DNA from: Macrostomum lignano
Lineage: Eukaryota
NCBI GenBank assembly: GCA_002269645.1
Contig: NIVC01002034.1
Coordinates: 118,456-182,455, forward strand
Direction: 5' to 3'
DNA: 64,000 nucleotides
Notes under the pieces: model-generated
Database searches by the model: none
The model's input: the letters and a program-made list of their open reading frames with translations, nothing else
What the model was told of the DNA's origin: nothing
Part shown: positions 1-9,878 of the stretch, piece after piece
Layout of the letters: each line of letters opens with the position of its first letter
Position numbering within the stretch: the first letter of the stretch is position 1
Program-made: the position numbers and the translations under genes

Positions 1-73
1 ATGTATATGCTCGCACAACTGTGTATTTAAATGGAAAACTGTTTACTGTTAAAGTAATGAAGTAAATGTCCGC

Positions 74-1083
74 TTAGTGAAAAACCGGTGATGCACTTTC
101 AGCCGGTGCTTGGAGGAAGCATCTCTTGAGGTGTTTCCCATTGACACACCTGGTTAGTCCTCCTAGCCTGTACACGTTTTGACCAAGACACCTGGTCACG
201 ATGTACTCGTAGACTTGCTGACTCCAAGTGTATCGCATCTTACCACCCTTCCGATCGTCCCTGCGAAGATTGCAAAGCCTAACTCTGTCCCCTCGCTTCA
301 GATCCTGAACCCCAGCTGCTCCCACGGTGTGACCAGCTCGCACCAGTCACAAGACTCGACCACTGCCTTGGCAATCGGTGTGACGGGGATGTCAGCATAG
401 TATCGTGCAGTAAAAAGGCTCACTGTGCTGTTGACACCCACGTGACTTACTTGCGAGTGAAGGCTGCGGATCTTATCCCGTACCTCTTCCTCTGTGAAAA
501 GTACTCTGCGATGGTCTTCAGGCCGCATTCGCTGACTGTCGTCCTTATTAGTCACCCTGTAGTAAAGCGCTCCGTCATGGATGGAGAAACGCTTGCTCTT
601 TTCTCTAATACGTCTTTTTAAGTTGGCCTTATCTTTGGCGTCCAATCTGGCTGGTACCTGCGTATATTCATTGTTTAGGACGTAGAAAAATATTTGATTG
701 AGCGAAGCCATCAAGCTTTGAAATGCAGAAATCGACGAAAATCACACAGCACAAACCTTTCTTATCATCTGCCCAATATAAATGTTTACAGCGCGTCCCG
801 CCACCCATAAAATATGAGTACAAAGCTGATCTCCAAAATGTGCAAAGCCTATTGAAAGTTACGCAAGACTGCTCACACTTTGGGGTGCCAATCTCGATGT
901 ACATAGAAGTAGCTATAATTTTCATATAGAAAAACCGCGGAGATCCTAACACGGCGGAGACCTGTAACTCTATCTTATGTTATGGTTTCCGATCTCCGTG
1001 TGGGCGATCTTAAAATGACACAATTTTCAGTTTGTGATCTCCGGGCCGGAGACCCTAAAACGCGGAGATCCTAAACTCTAACA
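74..1083 (-). mobile_element. Internally deleted Ginger/GIN-like (Gypsy-integrase-derived) DNA transposon remnant
   Basis: ORF 298..714 has the GIN-like N-terminus (KANLKRRIREKSKRFSIHDGALYY) and an H2C2 zinc finger (LHSQVSHVG...CDWC). ORF 74..343 has the integrase C-terminal SH3-like domain (LKRGDRVRLCNLRRDDRKGGK...W...VNGKHLK). No DDE core lies between them. TGTTA-starting repeat motifs containing GGAGATC occur at about 934-1083. Confidence 0.6.
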
Positions 1084-1535
1084 CCGGCAAAGGGCGTGGA
1101 CCTAGTGGCGTTGCAGATAAGCCTACACGCTCTGCCCTGGATCGTGTTGAGCAAAGCTGCGTGGCTATAGACCTAAGTGGCGCTAACCTAGACAACAGAA
1201 GCGTACGTAATGGCAGGTCTAACTCCTGGAGTGTAGATCCACCAAAGTCGCTTTGTGGATAAACCCTAGGAAGTGCCAAGTGCTCGTCGGAGCTGGGCCA
1301 GGATGGCCGAGGCCCGCTTGGTTTTTCCTTTCACGTGGAAGGACCAGTTGAGCTGCTGGTATGACACCGAGACATCTGGTCTGTTGCGTGAAGGTGATAT
1401 CTCTGCCGTATAGCAGCTGCAGAGGCCTTATGTTCCAGCGTATTCTACTGGTGAACATAATGGCAACAGTTTTGGGCTCAGAGAGTTCCAAACCATTGTC
1501 ATTGGCCCAGGACTCGGCTCTGCGGATACAGCTTT
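1084..1535 (-). mobile_element. Degraded non-LTR retrotransposon (LINE) fragment, region C-terminal to the RT domain
   Basis: Manual translation gives AESWANDNGLELSEPKTVAIMFT...RCLGVI (frameshift) LNWSFHV...GTS*GLSTKRLWWIYTPGVRPAITYASVV*V...IQGRACRLICNATRSTP. This is the typical post-RT LINE pattern, with stops at conserved Trp positions. Confidence 0.75.
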
Positions 1536-2617
1536 TTCTTTTTTTCTTTGTTCTTTACGATTTTTAAGATCTGATCAATCGAGTACATGGCCACAAACCA
1601 GAAACGTAAAGATATCGCACCGACTGCCAGCGCAGTGTTTTGTGAAAAATTCTACTATTACATGTCGTAGCGCAATAAAATTCAACGAAGGAAAGACGCA
1701 GTTGGAATTATCCCTTATCTGATCTTATCCTCAAATAAGTTGTTCGGCAACGAGCGAGTTTTCGACGCGGCATTACGTCACCGCGCCGGCCTAGCAATTC
1801 CATCCGAGCGACCTGTTGCGTCGTCGGCGACTCCAGGTTGCAGACTATATCATCCGCGCCGAGTCCGCAATCACAATCGGTGCTGAGGGGCTGTTGCTGA
1901 CGCTGCAGGCACTTTGCGGCGAGGACAAGCGTGCACTGTCTTTTTGAACTGACGGACAGCGCTTTTACGACGTATTTTTTAAATCTATTAAACATATCTA
2001 TTAAACGTACATGCGCTGATGTACATATAAGTGCATGTTTAGAAGAATTTACACTGCACACACAATTCTGTATGCGCCTTTACGGGCATAAGATCTACAG
2101 GTACATGCATCTGCATGTCTCTCCTATCTGTCTTCTCCCCAAAACGCTTCCAAATTGGAATCTGGGTCGGAAAATCGATGTGCATTCGCTCGTATAAATG
2201 AGCGCACAAGCCGTGGAACACAGTTCTAACACTTAGGGATGCTGCTTCATCTAAACAGCGTGCAAGTCCTGTACTACCTTCCTTGCCTTCCCTATTTGCT
2301 TCGCTTCGTTCGCACCCTTCCCTCCTTCATGATTGACCATTGGAGCGATAGTGTCCTTATTAACCTCTTCCTGACGAATTGGAAACATATCATCTCAATT
2401 GCGAACGGGTGGCCTGCATAGCAGGCCATAGAAAATTTTCTAAGTTTTGTAAACCTTCTGATCTCCTCACTTAAAGACGGATGGCCTGCTATGCAGGCCA
2501 TGGCTGCAGGCAACTACGATATTGTCTATGGGCGTGTTTGTACTCAGTGTCACAGCTCCTGACTGAAAAATTGTACTGGAGTTGTCACTGCGTTGACAGG
2601 TTGAATAACTTTAAAGT

Positions 2618-3535
2618 TATCTGCATTGACGAATCGCTAGTGCTGTACAAAGGACGCCTGATTTTTCGTCAGTACATACCTGCAAGCAAGCGAAACAAGT
2701 TTGGCATCAAAATGTACTGTCTATGTGAATCCCAGACAGGGTACATGTGGAACTTTTTAATCCACAGTACAGATGCGGAAAACAGGAAATTTGGACAAGG
2801 GCTGGAGTGTGACCACCTTTCTATCAGCGAGCGCATTGTGGTTGAGTTGAGCAGCCAGACTTTAAACCTTGGCTACCACCTGTTCACGGACAGCTGGTTT
2901 ACTTCGGCTCGACTGGCCGAGTTCCTGCTGTCTAAATCCACATTTCTGACGGGCACAGTTCGACAAGATCGCGGGATCCCCGACTGTCTACGGCAGCTGG
3001 CTCTTCCTGCCAACTCATGTTCATTTGCTCGAAAAGAGGGCCTGCTTGCTGTGAAGCTTGTTGATCGAAAGCAAAGTGGAGGACAGCACAGCTTTTGTTT
3101 ACTCCAAGAACATGGGCGGAGTGGACAGGCTGGATGGTTCTCTACAGCCGTACTTGACCTGTCGTAAGACTTACCGTTGGTTTCACCGCCTAGGTTTTCA
3201 CCTGCTACTTCAGGGAGTACACAATTGCTGGATTTTGTATTCGAAGGCTGGTGGGTCCGCTAAATTTCTTTCATTTCTGCGCACACACACGTCAGCTGAT
3301 GGTCAACTCTGGTACTGGCAGAAAACGGGCTGCTCCTGTGAATGAACCGGCACAGCAGAACAATGGCCACTACGCTCAACGTCTCCCAGCGACAGCAGCT
3401 CAAGAAAGACCTGCCAAAAGATGCAGAGTCTGCTGGCAAAATGGTGTTCAGAAAAAGACAGTCTTTGTCTGCTCCAGCTGCCAAGGGTCACCCGGACTGT
3501 GCATTGGTGAATGCTTTCGTGAGTGGCACACGTAG
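2618..3535 (+). pseudogene. piggyBac (PGBD-like) transposase, C-terminal half, frameshifted
   Basis: DDD triad motifs IDES, FTDSWF and GGVDRLD are present, with a C-terminal Cys-rich domain (CRVC...CSSC...LCIGECFREWH). Split over three ORFs (2481..3167, 3058..3345, 3251..3535). About 30 aa are missing after DRKQSG relative to copy 2, and the N-terminal half is absent. Confidence 0.85.
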
Positions 3536-4096
3536 AACTAATTCTGCCTTTGTTAATTCTAACTCACATTAAAAAACTTGATACATTGAGTTGAAATTTC
3601 TGCTATAATCTGTTGTTTAAATCGCTTTTAGGTAAAGTAGCTCGCTTGAAAAAAAGTAGATAAACGAAAGCGAGAATCAACATATAAAATAAATTCAATT
3701 GTGCCGAATCGTTTTCTGACTATTAAATTACGAGTATTAATGAAGCCCTGAAGATGTCCATTGTGGAACAAATGCATTGGCAAATTAATAAATAAATCGA
3801 ATATAGCACAATTGAATTAACTCTATATGTGGATTCAATTGCTTTCGTGTATAAATCTCTTTTATATTTTGATGTTATGATAAATTATATCCCTGTACTT
3901 AGGCCCATTGAACTTTTTAATCAACAGTTTTCTTCTCAGTAATTGACGTGGTAAATTCCTGAAAGTTTCTACTCGTTTCTGTTGAAGCCTCGGCGTACTC
4001 GTATTTTAACAAATTTGTAAAGTTCTTCTTGTTGAAACCGCGGGTTATTTTTGCTATTTGTCAGATTGAGTAAGAAGTAAAAAATATTCACTTTAA

Positions 4097-4519
4097 TATA
4101 GTATTTGTCATGCTATCTCAGCCTAGAGACATCCAAACTCAGCCAGTCCCATTCCGCAATGCGTTTTTTTGGCTCGAGCTAGTCGACTTTTACCATAGAC
4201 ATGCTTCTTAAGGCCATGCTATCTCAGCCTGGGACATGCAATCTCAGCCAATATAGATTTCAATTGCAAACAGATCTCAATGCTATCATTTCTGTAACGT
4301 GACATGAAATGGCAACAAACAGCAATGAATGAACGCAGCAAGAAAAGTCAGTAAGGGTACGCAACAACGCTGAGATTGCATGTCCCAGGCTGAGATAGCA
4401 TGGCCTTAAGAAGCATGTCTATGGTAAAACTTGACTGGCTTACGTAAAAAATCGCACTGTCGAGATGGGCTGGCTGAGTTTGGATGTCTCTAGGCTGAGA
4501 TAGCATGACAAATACTATA
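4097..4519. mobile_element. MITE with about 150-bp terminal inverted repeats, flanked by TA
   Basis: TATAGTATTTGTCATGCTATCTCAGCCTAGAGACATCCAAACTCAGCCAG... at 4097 is the reverse complement of ...CTGGCTGAGTTTGGATGTCTCTAGGCTGAGATAGCATGACAAATACTATA ending at 4519. No ORF. Confidence 0.8.
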
Positions 4520-4935
4520 ACGGTTTGTTCTCTTCCATAAATAAAATTATCTGAACCACACCGTAATACCGTGTCTTTGCTTCTGCTGAATTAGCGGATG
4601 GCCTGCCATGCAGGTCATCAGTCCTTAACTGCAGTGCCACACAGATATCTATGGTCAATCGTTCGGCTCAGCAGAATTAGCAGTCTGGAATAGCGAGCTT
4701 GAGTTGACATCAATTTACCCACAGACTGCTCGGCATAAAGAACCGTTTTGAGTGGAAAGGCTCCATGGCCTGCTATGCAGGCCATCCGTCGTGTTACTGT
4801 TAAGCCTTGGCTGCAAAGTTCAGCACTGCAATAGGCCTGAAGCTATTTGCAGTCAATCAACCCTGGCCCTGCTATCTACAGTTAATATTTTTCGGCTCTT
4901 ATTGTGAAAATTAGGCCAGTGGGTGCCAACTCGCT

Positions 4936-6389
4936 ATGTCCGAGCTGCTTTTGAGTTTTCTCGCCTTCTGCAACTCGCAAAAGAAGGGCTCGGAAAAAGC
5001 CAGCGACAAGGTTTTAAAGAAGCTGTTCATGGACGCAGGTGTCTTTGATATGCTCTCACTCACTTCCTGTGACATGGACATTGCTGTTGCTGCATTCAAG
5101 GGCAGGGAGAAATTAAAGGGGTGAGCACCCATGCATTCGCAATGAGAAAACTTTTTAAGTAAAGGCAACAAGTTAACTGATTTTTATTTGAGTCCAGTAA
5201 AACACGCCAAGCGAACACAGTGGTCGAAACTTTCAGGAACTAGTTTCGAAAAATGTCATAAAACCCCTGAAACTACTCGTACGTTGAAATTCCTGAGTTT
5301 ATAGTGCCTATGTGGATGCGTCTACGAAGTATTTCGTTCTTCTTACAATATATATATGCACTGATATATCAAATCGAGGTGGGATCACTTTTCCTTGTTA
5401 AAAACAATTAAGCCCTTCAGAAACCGTATCCCAAGCCGCTTGCCAAGCATCCAAGTTCAGTTTCACCGGGGATATCAAAGCTTAGCGAGCTTTTTACCTT
5501 TTAAAGACCCGGTTCAATCCGTTCAGCAAACCAATCCCACAGCGACCTCACATTCGATCAGTTCTGCAGCTTCCTCGGCCAATTCTGCAAGGAGGCTGAG
5601 AGACGGCGAAAAGTCGAGAGTGCCTCAGCGACCGAGGCGCTGCTGCGGGTGCGCATCGCGGCTTCCAGACCGGTGGCTCATGGGGTTACGGTGAGAATCG
5701 GCAGTTCCAGCCTGCAATGGCTGATATTAATTTACTGCACCTGATATACCGTATTAACGTGCATTGCTGATAAAAGTGTACATACTGTACCGAATATAGT
5801 ACCTGTCCATAGCTGACACATGTACGCCTGTACCTGATATAGTACCTGTCCATAGCTGGCGGCTAAACCTGAGAGCTGATATACGTGTAGCATTGCGTAC
5901 GTTAAAGGGTTGTGTGACAAACTTTTTATTGGCATTTGGTTAAGGTCGATTCTACACAATTCGTACATACGTTCGTACCCTATATGTGTATAGTATTATC
6001 TGACCTAGTTCTATAAATCTCGTAAAACCTTGAGCTTGTGAAGCTTTTGAATATGAAGAACTAAACATATTTGCATGCGCAACCTATGCCCAATGGTTTT
6101 ATGTCAATCCAAATTACCCTGGATGCATATATTTACCTCAGTAGAAGACTCACCCCTCCAGAAAATACATGTAAGCTGAGTCACCCATTCGCCACAGGTA
6201 GTATCCAAAGACGAGGCCACATCTCGCCTAACGGACGTCAAAGGCTTTACCGGTCAGCACCGGGAGCGATTTGGCCCGGGGAAAGAGAGAGGCCGCTGCA
6301 GGGAGGGTCGCGAGTCCGTGACTGACAAGAAGGCCACGGAGGACTGCGTGAGCGGCGACAAAGGCAGGAGCACTCACGGCAAGCAGTAA
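4936..6389 (+). CDS. TPPP: Tubulin polymerization-promoting protein (TPPP/p25-alpha family), 3 exons: 4936-5120, 5543-5690, 6198-6389 (174 aa)
   Basis: GT-AG junctions give a continuous frame (185+148+192=525 nt). The product has p25-alpha motifs KKLFMDAGVFD...DMDIA, DLTFDQFCSFL, RPVAHGVT and SRLTDVKGFTGQHRERF...GR. Confidence 0.8.
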
Positions 6390-6964
6390 GAGGCCCGCGG
6401 GATTGCAATAATAGCTTCAGCCCAAGTTTTTCAATTTAGTTTCCTGTTCGGGTGAAAGCAATTTTTCCCTTAAGTTGAAACATATCGGGCTAACACAGAA
6501 TGTACAGACACAGTGATCCAGCTTGAACTAAACGTACGTCTTGTGACGTTCCGTTATTAGCTGCATGCAACTCGAAATCGCATTGTATATATCTATCCAG
6601 CTTATATATCCAGCCTTTTTCCGTATTCTATTTATAGCTACGCTGCTGTAGATTAGGTTTCCATCGAATTGCTTGCTTAGATCACTGCCTGCTCACCTGC
6701 AAAATGTCAATGTCCGCTCAGTCTGGCATTGCTTGTCTGTCAAAGCACGCTGTCAGCTACTTTGCTTGTTCCATTACTCCGTCACACTGCTCTGTTACAG
6801 CTGGCTCACCCTGATGCTGAGTCTGCCAGGGGCTGTCAGATCACTGGCTCATTTTGACCTCAGCTGCACCGCTAGCTTCATGTAAGGCACAGACGCGAAA
6901 AACCAAGGGGTAATTTGCTGGGCTCTGTTTTCACTTTCTCCGTCTGTAGTTCTGTTTGAGTACT

Positions 6965-7842
6965 AGTAGAAGGCATGAGGGGGCTTCTGGGACAAAATTT
7001 TTCACCTCCTCCATAATCCACCTAAATCTATCCATATTATCCCTGACAGAATCAGAAAAAAAGGGGGGTCGCACTCGCTCACAAAACGTCCTCCATAATC
7101 CACCTAAATCCATCCATATTATCCCTGACAGAATCAGAAAAAAGGGGGTCGCACTTGCTCCGAAAACTTCGAACATAATCCTATTAAATCCATCCATATT
7201 ATCCCTGACAGAATCAGAGCATAACAAGTGTCCACTGACACCTGTTATGCTCATTGACACAGACATAATCCACTGACATCCACCCATAGCATGTTCGAAA
7301 CAATCAGAAAAGAATCTGCATTCTTCTCCCCACATTCAATTTGCAACGCGAAACCAGATCCCTAAGACTTTAAATCATCAGCGCAGGGTCCTTACCCTTT
7401 GAAAAAAATTAAATTCTCAATAAAAAATGTTTCCAGTTGTCTCTCCAGGTTCTTATTATACTCAGCCTAATCCATTGTACAAATCCAAGTACCGATGCAA
7501 ACTTGAATGCCGCGAGTACATGAGAAAATATTGGCCTGACGTTGATATCAATGTCCCTAATATTAATCAAGCTCTCCAAAGACACTGGTTTCATAAGTAT
7601 GGAGTAACCTACGTAAAAGATTATGACAGCTACTATAACTCTGCAGAAATCATTAAGCAATTGTAATTTCTTACATTCTCTCAATGATCAACGTCAATAC
7701 AAACTCTTCACCGTTGAAATCAACACCTACCCCATCTTCAGTCTCAAACTGTAGCACAATCTCGTGAATCTCCTTATTACTTAGCAAAACTCTTTTCACT
7801 GGATTTGGTTTCTCTACCATCATCTGTCCTCCAGCAACAGAG
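6965..7842 (+). repeat. Left terminal inverted repeat (about 878 bp) with 3 copies of an about 82-bp subterminal unit
   Basis: Reverse complement of 20061-21271. Homology ends at CCAGCAACAGAG (7842). The unit core TCCATATTATCCCTGACAGAATC occurs at about 7031, 7112 and 7191. Confidence 0.9.
7427..7666 (+). CDS. 79-aa Tyr-rich hypothetical protein encoded within the left TIR
   Basis: ATG preceded by TAAAAA. The ORF is also open in the right-TIR copy, with synonymous differences between the two. Confidence 0.6.
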   Translation: MFPVVSPGSYYTQPNPLYKSKYRCKLECREYMRKYWPDVDINVPNINQALQRHWFHKYGVTYVKDYDSYYNSAEIIKQL

Positions 7843-8541
7843 TTGGAGATGTTGTACAAAATATTAGTTCGCTTTCCCTTAAATACCCAATCAAGACTGA
7901 GATTACTTCTGATTAGAATATTCAAACCCTTTACAATGTCTGCAATATTGGGTGCTAAGAACAAACCGCGTACACTTTCCCGGGCCATGGCCCATGATAA
8001 CGGCCCCCGTCGCTTGAGTGCCGGTCCGCGCCGCGGATTCTGCCTTATAAACTTTCTTCTCGAATCCCAATTCCCTATACCAAGTGTCATCTTTAAACTC
8101 AACCTCCGCATCTTTGTGAACTTGCATGACCACTCTCATTACAGTGAGATCATAGGATAGTTTGACAGGGAACAGTTTTTTATCTGGCTTACTCGCATCA
8201 GGTGTCTCAAAATGGCCTCTTTTAGTAAAGACGTTTTCTAGAAAGTAATTGTAGGTATCCACACTTTGCGTGCTAACAGGGAATACCACAGGTTCTGCTG
8301 CTGCACCTTTCCATTTGTAATAAAACTTATTATTTGTCGCCGACACATTGGGAACGTTTGACCAACCAGTGAAGTCGTTAGGATAGACATGGTAATTAGC
8401 ACCTGGATCCAGGCGAATTGTCTGCTCTAATTTTTGAATAAATATCCCGTTTGAGTCATTAATTCGCCCAGTTATTGTAATAGGAATGCTCTCCTTGGAG
8501 TGCGAAATAATATTATTTAGTCTTTCAGCAATCGCTTCCAT
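7671..8541 (-). pseudogene. Minor capsid protein (penton), one +1 frameshift near 7975-8040
   Basis: N-part 8541->: VPNVSATNNKFYY...RELGF. C-part: PNIADIVKGLNILIRSNL...NILYNI...EKPNPV...EIVLQFETEDGVGVDFNGEEFVLTLII. These match Polinton penton patterns. The span of 871 nt becomes 290 codons after removing 1 nt. Confidence 0.8.
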
Positions 8542-8561
8542 TTTTATTGAAAAAAAATTAT

Positions 8562-9848
8562 TCAAACTTTACTGGATGAATTGTTGATCATGTTAAGCTT
8601 CACCTTCCTCTCAAATGCATAGATAATGTACAAGTCCACGGGTGTTGCGACAGTCCTCTCAATGTTAGTCACGATATTCACAGGGCTGTTATCAGTAGGC
8701 ATTCGTCTGGCAGACACATCAGCGCCAAACATTGGATATAGAGTTCCATATTGAAGAGCAGTGATAGCAATTCCATTGTTCTCTTTCACAGCCAAGTCGA
8801 CCAACTCGCTGTAAAATTTTCTAATCTTGTTCTGACTGAAATCTCCATTTTGTGGCAGTGCAGGGTAAAGATTATCACTGATTTCATGCTGAATGGACCG
8901 AACGTCTCCATGCATGTAGCGTATAATTCTATTTGGGTTTCTCATGTTAATAATAATATACCTTGGATTGCTGCATGATCCCTCTTTGATGCAGATGTTT
9001 GTTCTAGTTTCGTTTCGCTCATCTCGACACATGTAGGCTGTGTATGCAACATCAATGTCCTTCTCTATTGCCTTAAGATAATCTGCTTTTAGTGCAGTCT
9101 TTGGCTCAATGACTTCCAAATACAGCTCGATTCCGGTTAGCTTCACCTCCATCCTTGTGTGGTCCGCCCCAGTCCACAACACTCTACTGCGATCATCTCT
9201 AGTCATCTTAAAAGTGTAGCTAAAGTTACTAGTCAGTCGATTAAATGTATTATAGAATCCACTCATAAATCTCAGTGGTACAAATACATCAACAGACCGA
9301 TACAGCGGGTTTTTAGCAGCATCATCAGCACCTTGCAATGCATAGTTGTATCTCTTCTTCCTCTTTTTATAGCCACTGTCATTGATGTCTCCTTCTTTTT
9401 CATCTGCAATAAAACCCGCACCACTTCCCAACTGAATAAAATCAGGATTCTCGATCAAACAATGAGCGTCATAGACAATTCCAAAGTTGGCGATTCGCTC
9501 CAACTCTGTGCTCCCATTCGATACACTAAACTCCTTGAACATGTACGCCCAAAAGTTACTGATCAGAGCCACATCCGCATCATGCTTGTCAACGTTAACA
9601 CGAGCCGCATCTGCACCACCTTTTGTCTTGAATTGAAATGTCATATGGAAGCCGCTCTTAAGACTGTGCACACTAACCAAAGACGAACATCCATTGTATG
9701 TAAATGTCAGTGTTTGGCCAGGACCAAGATTAGTTTCATTCTGATTTTCCTGACTGGGAACTCTTACCTGAGTCGCTTTGATTGTGCTATCATCACTCAA
9801 AATAGGCTTGTTAATTTTGTAGAAAACTGGTGTCAGTGGGTCGTTCAT
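8562..9848 (-). CDS. Major capsid protein (double jelly-roll, Polinton/adintovirus hexon), 428 aa, intact
   Basis: Size, position next to the penton, and motifs DDSTI..., VFVPLRFMSGFY, NPRYIII, LYP and FYSE...QYGTLYPMFGAD. Confidence 0.8.
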   Translation of the reverse strand: MNDPLTPVFYKINKPILSDDSTIKATQVRVPSQENQNETNLGPGQTLTFTYNGCSSLVSVHSLKSGFHMTFQFKTKGGADAARVNVDKHDADVALISNFWAYMFKEFSVSNGSTELERIANFGIVYDAHCLIENPDFIQLGSGAGFIADEKEGDINDSGYKKRKKRYNYALQGADDAAKNPLYRSVDVFVPLRFMSGFYNTFNRLTSNFSYTFKMTRDDRSRVLWTGADHTRMEVKLTGIELYLEVIEPKTALKADYLKAIEKDIDVAYTAYMCRDERNETRTNICIKEGSCSNPRYIIINMRNPNRIIRYMHGDVRSIQHEISDNLYPALPQNGDFSQNKIRKFYSELVDLAVKENNGIAITALQYGTLYPMFGADVSARRMPTDNSPVNIVTNIERTVATPVDLYIIYAFERKVKLNMINNSSSKV

Positions 9849-9878
9849 TTTTTAACTAAAAATAAAATAAAATAAGAA

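Larger units (their letters stand above)
2471..4802 (+). mobile_element. piggyBac-like DNA transposon, internally deleted (copy 1)
   Basis: Contains transposase fragments. The imperfect inverted ends GACGGATGGCCTGCTATGCAGGCCATGG (about 2476-2503) and CCATGGCCTGCTATGCAGGCCATCCGTC (about 4763-4790) each lie near a TTAA (2471 and 4799). Exact boundaries are uncertain. Confidence 0.6.

Noticed and set aside
1708-2221. Short ORFs between the LINE fragment and piggyBac copy 1
   Set aside because: They do not match the missing piggyBac N-terminus or any family I recognise.
6931-7335. ORFs across the TIR repeat arrays (also 20615-21365)
   Set aside because: Translations of the 82-bp units. Their frames differ between the two TIRs.
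7975-7981. G-GGA-AAG slippery heptamer in the penton frame (programmed -1 frameshift?)
   Set aside because: A -1 slip gives GKVYAVCS then stop. The penton C-terminus needs the +1 frame.
9159-9875. 238-aa + strand ORF antisense to the MCP
   Set aside because: No ATG in the element's A-rich context and no recognisable motifs. Likely an antisense shadow of the capsid gene.
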